Shown: positions 12,772 to 23,265 of the stretch, in pieces
Position numbering within the stretch: the first letter of the stretch is position 1
Layout: each line of letters starts with the position of its first letter
Assembly (NCBI GenBank): GCA_000165425.1
Contig: CT868318.1
Span: forward strand, 771,067-817,033
DNA length: 45,967 bases
Direction of reading: 5' to 3'
Source of the DNA: Paramecium tetraurelia
Lineage: Eukaryota
Program-made: the position numbers and the translations under genes
Notes under the pieces: generated by a model
Databases searched by the model: none
What the model saw: only the letters and a program-made list of their open reading frames with translations
What the model was told of the DNA's origin: nothing

Positions 12772-14461
12772 TCATGACACAAGTGCTTTAGAGCTTATCG
12801 AAACCATCGATATAGCAAATGCTTACAAGATGCTGAGAGGAGGTCTGAAATCCAAATTGAAAGAATTGGCCTCCATCTTTCCATGCAATAATTGGATAGT
12901 CTTATCATCTCCAGCTTTGATCAATTGGAAATTACGAGCGGATGCAATCTTGGCTCGTCTAATTATATAGTCATTCAACATTACCCAAAGAAATTCAACT
13001 AATAGCAATCCTTCTCCTAATTGTAATGGGGTCTCAATGTAATTAGTTCTAATCAAATAATCATTCAAGCAAATTACCTTCCCATTGTTTTGTATCTAGA
13101 TTCAGAAACACAGTATCAAAATATCTTGGCTCATTTGCCATGATGTTAGTCTCGTACTCTATCTTCATCAATCTCCTTCTCTTCTAACCGATCCAATCAG
13201 GAAATTGTAATTAAGCTGACTCCGGATATCCATCATCATAGACAACCATCGAAGTGCCCCAAATATTCCTTTCTACACATCCCAAATATGAGTCATTATA
13301 TTTCTAGTATTTCTCACATTTGTTATCGTATATTTATATTTCTGCATGTGCTTCTAATTGTATTCCATATAAATATTGCTATTGATCACTCGATTTTTTA
13401 ATTATGTAGATATGTGGATATTCTGAGTCTTCAGTTTGATCTGGAATGTCAGCATTTCGCAATACTTGAAATTGAGTGTATTCATTGATGGGTTTGAACA
13501 CTTAAGCTCTCTCCTTCTCGTATTACTTGTATAAAGGATATAAGAATGTGGTATTTATTTTCAAGGAGAAATTCTTGGCATTGACTCTAATGATGTTGGG
13601 CTTCTCAATTGACAATTGCTTTAAGTTTTGAGTCACTTCATTCAATAATGGGTCTGTGATTTCCTTGAGGATCCCATTGTAGAAGTAGAGTATTTATTTT
13701 ACTAATCTAAGAATAAAAGAGACACTTACTTGTACATATACATCTGATACTTGGATTCATAGTGGACTGTGACTAATAGCAACTTCATTATGATTTCCAA
13801 AGTGGGTTTCTTGGTTAAGAATTTAAAGGCAAGATCTTACGCAATTTCATCATTAAATAGACAACCGCAAATCAAGAGACCATACTGTGATTTCAAATCC
13901 TGCGATTGAATTAGCAACTAACATTCAGTTGAATTTTCTCGAATTTTGAAGAATTCGAAATAAAGCAAGAGGTCTTACTCTTCTGGTAATCTTATGCCAT
14001 TGGATCCACATACGGGCATCTTTATCTAAGTACATAGATTACTTTGATCAAATCTTGCTTCTCTATGTAATTCTATTTTAACAATTTAATTTATTGGACC
14101 AGTTGTCTTTCCACAAATACATTGTACTCCTTTTTCATTCCCAATTCCTCATTTTCTATATTTACTTATTGGAAAACTTACCTATCACATCATCAAATAC
14201 TATGTCAATCTCATTGTCCACGTTGTCATCTCTCAATTCCTTCTAGGCCACAAACTAAGACTACTAAAGTACTCATACTTCTGGAGTGATAGTGCATTTC
14301 ACATAAATTTACACAAAATTCTCATTAGACAATAGAGGGACTTTGGAACTGGCTGGCTTATCATCAACAGATTAAGTCATTTGGTTAGCACCAAACAAAC
14401 TCTTCTGAAATCGCTCTTCCCTTTATTGTTGCAATAACTTGAGATCTATTTGTTATTTCAT
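12772..14461 (-). CDS. Tubby C-terminal domain protein (TULP-like) with an uncharacterised N-terminal half
   Basis: 'RAKIASARNFQLI…LLHGK…NSFNLDFRPPLSILQAFAISMVSISSK', the Tubby C-terminal signature; several tiny introns; start inferred at 14461. Confidence 0.85.
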
Positions 14462-14500
14462 TAAAGAATATAATTTAAAAAAATAAAGACAAATATTTAA

Positions 14501-15275
14501 TCAAATGTCTTCATTCTCTGTGGTGTTAGACCACGCAGCTATAATTTCGCAATCATCCCATGACATCTCAAATACATGAACCTCCTGTACTAAGTTGGCA
14601 CTGTTTTTCTTTTCCCTATGTGGTTGCATTCAACCACTCTGGGTTATTAGACATCCATTCGTGAGGCTGGTGTATATAATACATTAGCACTTCATTCTTA
14701 TATCGTAGGTATTCTTGAGGATTTTGAGTCTCTCCTCTTAAAATCATTGCAGTTGCTTTCGAATTCAAATACCATAATAAGTAATACTTAAAAGCCAACT
14801 TTCTATTCTTTACAATTTGGCTGTCTTCCTTCATTTCAATTAAATGATCTCTAAGTACTCTAAACCCAGTAATTTGTTCCAATTATTTGTTATAATAAAG
14901 ACTGAATTATTTGCTGTTGTCAACTAGTTCTGATAGGTAGGTAATGCAATCCTGGTCATTATTCATTGATTTAATGGCATGTCTTAAAATGTTTCTGCAG
15001 ATATTCTTCTTGTAATCCTTTAAATTTCTTTCCTTTTTTGATTATTTCTTAATCTTCTTGTTGACTGCTTAACTGTTTTCCTTTTTATTCACCTCTTAAT
15101 GGGGGACATAGGGTTGATTGACAATGTTGGTTGATATCTATTCAAAATCGATATCGAATTAAAAGGAATCATTTTTAAACAGATTGAGTTTCTGATATTT
15201 GGTTTTGTTATTTTCTTCTGCATTCAAGCTGCAGTTATCGAAGGATTCAAAATCGCTTAAGTATTGATGTGACAT
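14501..15275 (-). CDS. Hypothetical ciliate-family helical protein (KKNICRNILRHAIK motif)
   Basis: Open from ATG 15275. Stop is at 14568 if unspliced, or at 14501 if the 22-nt intron 14616-14637 is spliced. Confidence 0.7.
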
Positions 15276-15611
15276 TTGATTTGGATATTTTATTTTTTTA
15301 AATATTTCTTTTAATATACAAATCATCCATTAATAATCCAAACACTTTATTCTTTAATAATTATTAACTTTCTTGATGAATTCCGATTCAAGAAATGACC
15401 ACTTAAATACACATATATTATAAAATAATTATAAATATATTTATTTTAATAACTGAACTCCAAAGCAACCGCATCGATTCTGATCTCTGCTAATCGATGT
15501 TATTTTCTCTCCATTTTACTCTAAATTCACAATTTTTCTAAAATTAATATTAACTAATTTACAAATAAGAAAATATTATTTATTAGATTGATAATTTAGC
15601 AATATTTTTAC

Positions 15612-16512
15612 ATGGGATCTTGTTCACTCAAATAGCCACAAATATAAAAGAATATTATCGTTGAAAAACAATGCTCTTCTGAGGAATAAAATGAAGAAAC
15701 CTCCAACATGTGTTAACCACCCCTAATATTAAACAATGAGAATATCAGATTAAATACTGCCTCCGAGGAGTGTGATCTCTCCAAAAAAATACATCAACTT
15801 CAAATCAAAACACTGGAACCTCTAACATTTCAATCTATTAAGCCAATTGCAATGCACAGTAAAGATGGTCTAGAAATTTAGATCAATTTATCTATGTCAG
15901 GATATGGATTGATTTCATTTAATGATGGCAGCCATTATGAAGGCTATTTCCAAGAAGGATTAATCCATGGCTTTGGTAGGTTCACAGACCTTGATAATAA
16001 CACGTATATTGGTGAATGGGTTAAAAATAAAAAACATGGCTATGGCAAAGAAGTAGTTACAAGTATCTATATGCCTTATGATAGATCAGTATACATATCA
16101 AGGGTAATTTTTCAACAATCTCAAACATGGAAAAGGTTATGTTCAATATGATGACGGAACTAGTTATGAAGGCTAATTTGATAATAATAATTTGAATGGC
16201 TTTGGCATTTATTAAGGGCTTAATGGCTTGAAGTATGAAGGGAATTGGGTCAATAATTAAATGGAAGGATAAGGAAAACTAACACTCTCGAATAAATCAG
16301 TCTATGAAGGCTTTTTTAAATAAAATAAAAAGCATGGCTATGGTGTCTATACTTGGACTGATGGAAAATAGTATAAAGGTTACTGGAAGGAAGATGCTCA
16401 AGACGGAAATGGAGAATTAATAAAATCAGATGGTTTACCCATAAAAATTAAATTTCAAAACGGCAAAAGAATATCCAATCAAAAAATACTAAGTCCAATC
16501 AATTTTGATTGA
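15612..16512 (+). CDS. MORN-repeat protein with N-terminal MGSC acylation motif
   Basis: Repeated YEGxFxxGxxHGxG / YxGxWxxxxxxGxG units; 22-nt intron near 16063-16084; TGA 16510-16512. Confidence 0.92.
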
Positions 16513-16685
16513 AATTTAGTCTTAGAAGTTTTGTACTGTCTATAATTTTTATATTATTTATTATTTCAAACATACTCCGAGAAGTACAGCTTCAAATTTA
16601 TTATATAATTACTTTATTTAGGCTACTGTTCCTCTTTGCTTATACTTTTAGTTATTTGTTAAAGTGTTTATTTTACATATATTTT

Positions 16686-16729
16686 TAATCTCTGAGATTA
16701 TTGTTCACAACTCTTCTAAATTTAGAAGA
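16686..16729. repeat. Cluster of tandem palindromes
   Basis: TAATCTC-T-GAGATTA, TTGT-TC-ACAA and the perfect 18-bp TCTTCTAAATTTAGAAGA. Confidence 0.8.
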
Positions 16730-16976
16730 ATGAGTAGTAAAAATATTATATAAAATATAATGAAAAATTAGTATTAAATTTTGATTTCCCACTTTTCAGG
16801 ACACAAATATGAATAATATCATTAGTCAAATAAGTATTTCTAATTATTATACTGTAATCCCTTTGTTTTTGCATAGAGTATTTGATACCTTGCAATATCA
16901 TCATATTTTAAATTATTATCAAGTAAATTATGATATTATAAAATTTTCAGTCTAAATATTCAAAATTTTAATTAAC

Positions 16977-18557
16977 ATGGCATCTTTAAGTGAAGAAAAA
17001 GATCTAATTGGATCCATTTTAAATGGTATTAATAATTAATTAATCCCAGATGATGAAATTTCATTAATCTCAACTGTGTCTCAGAAGAGGAAACAATTAT
17101 CACTCAAATCAAAAGAATTTAATCCTGAGTAAGTCATCAACTAGGATTCTTTCCCCACTTCGAATTCTAGCATAATTTCAACGGGATCAGCATCATTCTA
17201 GAAATGGCAAATATTTTTTCATACAAAAATCTATATAGAAATGTATTTATTTATATAGATAATCCTTTTACAGACAATCTTAATTATCTAATCCTTTAAA
17301 TCAAACATCAGATTAGGAATTCTTTGGTTCAGCTGACAAATTTTAATGTATAAAAATTTATTATATCTAGCAGCAATTGATTGTGGAGAGAAACTCTAGT
17401 TGAAATAAAAAGTCAAAAAGTATCTCAAGGAATAGGCAAAGGAAAGTTAACATAAATAATTTTAGTTAAACAGCTTTCAAATTCTTGATGGAAATTTGTT
17501 ACTTAGCTAAAAGGATCTAGTAAATATAATTATTAAAAGTTCACAGGAACAAATATGTGGTAATCAATTGGTTAATAGAAAATTATAAAATGTGTTGGAT
17601 AATAATGATCAAAATCAAAAATAAATCATTTTCTGTTAAATTGAGAAAGATTGTGTAAAAGCATCTAAAGATATGTTTGGTAACTATACAGTGCAAAAGA
17701 TATTTGATGTTGCAGATTATGAATAAAAATATAAATTGTATTCTCTTTTGATTTGTCACTTCTTGGAATTATCAAAAAATTAATATGCTTGTAGAGTTGT
17801 TTCGAAGATGATCTAATTCGTCAAGTAACCATTTATCTATTCTAAGAGATTCTCATGAACTAATTGAGTCATTAATTAAAACACTTTATCCGCTTATAAA
17901 TTAACTTTTAAATGATGTAAATGGCAATTATGTATTGCTTTAATGCTTTGAGATATTAGACAAATCTACATTATTTTTCATAATTCCCTTAATTGAAGAA
18001 TCTGTAATTCATGTTATAATTTTAGATTGCCACTCTCTCGAAGTCGACTTATGGTTGTAGATTAATTCAAAAGGTTTTAGAACTTTACCCTTTAGAAATA
18101 ACCTAAAGAATTCTAGATCTATTAATTTCTTTCTCCTATTAATTATGCAATTAGGAATTCGGAAACTATATAATCTAATTCCTTCTTAAATGTGGACCAT
18201 AGAAGGAAAAATCTTAAATTTGCTAAACTATTAAGGAAAATTTCGAATAATTAAGTTGTAATAAGTTTGGTAGCAATACAGTTGAAAAGTATCTTGATCT
18301 TCTGGGTCCTTCTTAAATTATTAAGAACTTATGTAAAATATCAAATGACCAGTACTTTATTAATTAATGTTAGATTCGTATTTTATAACTTATCCATCCA
18401 TCCTTTTGGAAATTATGTTATGAAAAAAGTTCTAATAAGTGAAGACCCATCAGTTCATTATTTAAAATCACTATTCAAACAGCATCCAGATCTTATATTA
18501 TAATTAAAAAACTCTGAATTCGGATAAAGAGTTGCTTAAATTTTGGATACTTTATGA
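16977..18557 (+). CDS. Pumilio/PUF-family RNA-binding protein (8 repeats)
   Basis: Repeats DMFGNYTVQ, QYACRVVS, VNGNYVLL, TYGCRLIQ, EFGNYIIQ, KFGSNTVE, PFGNYVMK; multiple micro-introns. Confidence 0.9.
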
Positions 18558-19048
18558 GCGCCTATAACTTGTAGTAGAGACTTGCTTATGAGTTTTAATC
18601 TATACAAAATAAATAAATATTAAATATAAAATTCTAATTTTCATGACATTTTATTATATAGGTTTTTATTTAATTTTAATACAATTTATTTTGTCCTTTA
18701 ATATCACCCAAAGAATTCCATTTTCTTAGTAAATTCCCAATATGAAAAAATTTTTATTATCATTGATGATATGGATAGAATACAATTGACAGAACTTACT
18801 TGATGTAATTACTTTTGCCATTTGATATCTTTAACTATACCTTTTACCCATTTAAAATTAAGCAAAGAAATATAGAATTTTATATAGAGTTTTCTCTGAA
18901 ACAATAACTTCTATAAATGATTATAAACTCTATAATAAATATATTTTGTAAAGTTAGGATTAGTTTTTAATGTTAATAGAACAGTTGAAATTCATACAAC
19001 AATTTGATACTAATATTAATACATATATAAGTCATTAAAAATAATGTC

Positions 19049-20261
19049 TCATTATTTATTCCTTAATTTTTTAAGAAGAGTATTAACAAAAATTATAATT
19101 TTTCTAGTTTGTCTGAAATTCAATCTAGGATCACAGGCAGTAGTGTATTTTTTAGGATTGATATCTTCATCATTTTCTATACATTCAGTCACATCATAAG
19201 GTGTGCATTCTAAATGTAATCCTGCAGGAACTTCATTCTATTGTTCCATTATGGTAAAAAATTGCTAGATTTCATACATAATGTCTTCTATTTTTCTGAT
19301 TTTACATCCACTTTTATCCTAATTGTTTCCATGCATAGGATCCAGAAAGAATGAAATATTCAATTTTTCCTCTTACTTCCAATTAATAATATCCTTCAAT
19401 TTATCTAACTTATTCTTTCCTAATCTAATTATAGCAAATGACCTTCCATCTTCATTTTTTGGATTAATCAACTTAAACACATTAATAAACTCTGTTTTAT
19501 TAATTGTTTATCCAATCTATATAGATTTTAGGAATTACCTTAATTCCGACAGGATTGTAAATGCCCCTAATAAAATTTGAATGAGCATGATCATGCAATC
19601 TTGTCCTATCTCCTATCCATGGAAAATGAGTATTCGACAAATAATACTACTAGTCTTCATTTTATTTCACAAAAGCTGATTCATATCCAAGATGTAAACA
19701 TTCATGCGATACCCAAATTTATTACCCCTCATACTGCTTTAGACTCTCTAATCCCTTTTTGGTGTAGTGTGCACCCAATAATAAACGTGAGGGATCAGGC
19801 TCTCTCTCATCTCTGCTCAATGAATTAATTAAATCACCCCTATAATTTAAAGTGCCATCCTTCTCTAGTAATTATGATCGTGGTTTTGCAAATTATCCAC
19901 AAGTCCTTCCAATGACTATTGCATCCAAGATCTAGCCCATTCGCTATGATTATTTTTATTTTATACATCATAAAAACTAAACTTCTCTTTCCAATGTTCT
20001 TCAGTACATTCATCAAATACTTCTGCACAATCTCCCAACTACAGGACAAATTTCTCACCTTTACTAACCTTAATCATTTAAGTTTTAAAAGCATTTATAT
20101 CTTCAAAATTTAGGATTTCTGGAAGTTTTTTTATTTTTTGAAGAGTATCTTAACTAATTTCTAAAATATCATTACTATAGTTGAACATCTGAATATATCG
20201 GTAATTAAACAGCCGAATAATTTTTCCAACTATCTAAACTCCATTCTTTGTCTTAATTCAT
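19049..20261 (-). CDS. Class II DAHP (DAH7P) synthase, short form (about 381 aa)
   Basis: LQLGDCAEVF, GRTCGQFAKPRS, YRGDLIN, PDPSRL, SHECLHLGYE, WIGDRTR, NPVGIK, DPMHGN, GLHLE…VTEC, TACDPRLN. Three introns (22, 23, 22 nt) give an integral 382 codons. Confidence 0.93.
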
Positions 20262-20429
20262 AAATAAATTTTAATTTTGGTTCACAAACAATCACATTTA
20301 CATAAATATTATATAACTCAATATTCTTTTACTTTTAGATTGAATAACATTAAAGAAACTCTATATTCTTAAAATTTTTCGAATATAAAAACCATTAGAA
20401 TTGTCTCCACACATAATATCAATTTATGA

Positions 20430-21330
20430 TTAATGGATTAAAAGATTAAATCACTGTTTCAAGGGTCTTATACACCTTTAAGAAATTACAAAAGAATTTT
20501 AGTTCTATATATAGAATTATTATTTTACATTTATTATTAAAACTATGAAGAATTACAATTTTATGTATTCGTTAAATAAATTCATTTTAAACTTATTATT
20601 ACCAATTATGCTTTACTTAATAAATATCTCTAAATGATTAACTACGATCTATGAATACCTATAGCTACATAGCTTAATAAGCAAAAAAGAATACAGATTG
20701 TTCAATGAATATGTAAATTTCTATATAACAAAAATTACAAAATAAATATCTAAGATATTTAATAATTTTAACATAAGAAAGACACTAAAGATTTCACATA
20801 TAAAAATACAAATAGTTAAGATACACGAAAAATTAAAATACGTTACTTTATAAATAAGATAACGAAACAACAAGGATTACAAGTTAAAGTTATAATTGAG
20901 AAAGCAGTCTTTTACTAATTATTTAATATTTAGATTTATGAAATAATTTAACCAACATTAGACTGAAACTTCGACTAATATAGGAAGAGGCAATATAAAA
21001 ATAAACTTAGATGTTTGATTCTCAATTACAATAACAAGAACCAATTTATCACCAAATATAAATAATAAAATCAGAGTTCTACCAACACTCATGAGAACTC
21101 CAAACTTAGTTCACAAGCAAAAGAAATTAAATATATTAATATCAAAATAGTAAATAAAAAGTGGTTACTTTTTAAGAATAAGCTACATGACCAACTCCCT
21201 CTCTCTGAGATGCCTGATTTTGATATTAAATCAAAGATTAGACTTAAATTTTTTGTAAATTTGTTAATAAATATAGAATTATTGAATTTAATTTTTAATT
21301 ATTAATATTAAGAATATCATAATATGTATT
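20430..21330 (+). pseudogene. Possible degenerate or hypothetical gene
   Basis: Overlapping K/N/I-rich open stretches in different frames; no coherent spliced model found. Confidence 0.2.
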
Positions 21331-21527
21331 GAATATATTTATTCATATTATCTATAGAGATGATACTACGTATTAAGAAATTAAAATATTAGATTATATT
21401 TTACTAAATATCCTATGGTTTTCTCCCTTGGATAGGCTTATACTAAAAGATTGATTAGAGTCAATTAAGATTGAATATTAATTTTAGATGCGATATTATT
21501 TGATTGGATGATTTAACTAAATACTAC

Positions 21528-22111
21528 TCATTATATATAATATAATTGATCCAATCCTCTTCCATATTCATCCCAATCTAATCCATAACCAATAATAAAC
21601 TTATCTTCTATTTCTGTGCATAGATAATCAGGCTAGATATTTATTTTTTATTTTCCTAATATTTAATATTCATTTTACCAGTCTTAAGAAAACAAGCACA
21701 TAGTTTAACACTTGCAGGCTCTAACTTTTTCATCTCCTCTATGACTGCTGTTATAGTCAATCCTGTTTCAATTATATCCTCAATAATTATAACGTGACGA
21801 CCTTTGATATCATTTTTCAATCCACTTAAAGCCTTCACAATTCCAGTTGACTCTTTACCTAGACATTAAAATCATAATATACCTTCATAACTAGATAATT
21901 TAATAAAATCAATTTAAAATTTAAGTTAAGGATCAACAGCTCTAATTAAATCTGCCATAAACATGAATGCCCCATTTAAAACTCCAATAAAAATTGGATG
22001 TCTTTCTTAATAGTCAGCAGAGATCTAATTTGCAATTTTTACAACCATATGATTGAGTTGTTCTTTGGAAAAATATAATTAGAGTTCCTTGCCTTTGATA
22101 ACTAAATTCAT
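21528..22111 (-). CDS. HPRT: Hypoxanthine(-guanine) phosphoribosyltransferase
   Basis: [32 protein letters not shown] (PRPP loop), [16 protein letters not shown]; two micro-introns. Confidence 0.93.
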
Positions 22112-22465
22112 AAATTATTTATTTAAATAATATGAAATTTGATAAAAGAATGGAATTCTAAAATATTTATTTTTAGAATAATTTTCTTCTAAAATTCCTT
22201 GTTCTAAGTATTCGATTAATCATATCCAATAAATATCTATTCTTTTAGACTAAACTAAATCTTCTAATTTAATAGGTATCATATTATATGCACTTGAATA
22301 AATAGAATTGATATTATATAAAGTAATTGCTATAATTTATAATATTTGTTCTAATTTGATTGTTTTATTTGAACACAATAAATTAACTAGAGATTGATAC
22401 GATTAATTCAAAATAGATAAATATTATAAATTATCTTAAGGTATAATAAAAAGAACTAAATGTAA

Positions 22466-23157
22466 TCAAACTACAATTTTATAATGTTCTGCTGAATGAT
22501 TGCTTCCTCTTGATTTATTTATGTACTAAGATAATGGATATTTGATAGGGGATTTAGATGTAGGCTAATTTTCCCCTCTTGAATGTGATATTCTAGCAAT
22601 GGCATATAATTTATCTGTAGAGACAGAATAGTTAAACTAAAGTTCTTTAATTTTGCTGAGCAATAAATGCCTATTAAATTCGTCTGTCATTTACTAAAAT
22701 GAGTTAATGTCTTACTTGTTATTTAACATTTTATTACAAAGATGTTTTATTTGTTAAGGATTGTTAACTAGCAAGATTTGAAACTGCTATTTTTGGACTG
22801 GCAACACTATCTAACTAAGCTATTTTGGATAAAACATTGGTGCCTTATTAATGATTGATTTAAGTCTTTACTATTTTTTGATACTGATGAGGAGACAATC
22901 CTAGGAGAGGAGGCTGCTGTAATATTTCTAGCAATATATCTTTAACTTGAACTCTATCTTTCATTCTTTTCTACTTTCAAATCCTCATAATTTATCCTAT
23001 TTATCAATGTATAAATCTTTCCATAATCTAATGGTTATGTTTATAACAAGCATAAAAATTATTCCCAACTTTCAGACAAATAGGCTTATTAATTCTATGG
23101 ATATTGTGCCAGATTTATTCTAAAGAATTAATCAAATAAAGCAAAGAGTGAGTCCAT
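22466..23157 (-). CDS. Hypothetical protein (5' part may be frameshifted)
   Basis: MDSLFALFDQFFRINL… at the 5' end and a …SRGSNHSAEHYKIVV* frame at the 3' end; I could not join them with canonical introns alone. Confidence 0.4.
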
Positions 23158-23265
23158 TTTAAATAATTTAACGATTAAAAATTACAGAATATAAATCTCT
23201 TATGTTTATATTTTAAATAACCCAAAGAGTAATAAAAAATATATTATTATTTCCAAAAATATTGA

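Noticed and set aside
15894..16420. Periodic sequence resembling a repeat or CRISPR array
   Set aside because: Protein-level 23-aa MORN repeats; no identical DNA repeats with spacers
18704..19035. About 110-codon minus-strand open frame after the DAHP synthase gene
   Set aside because: With only one stop codon such frames arise by chance; no motif or coding-like composition
21633..21655. Apparent non-canonical GA..AG intron in HGPRT
   Set aside because: A canonical 23-nt GT..AG intron immediately upstream (21678-21656) restores the same frame (KTGKQKINIQPDY)
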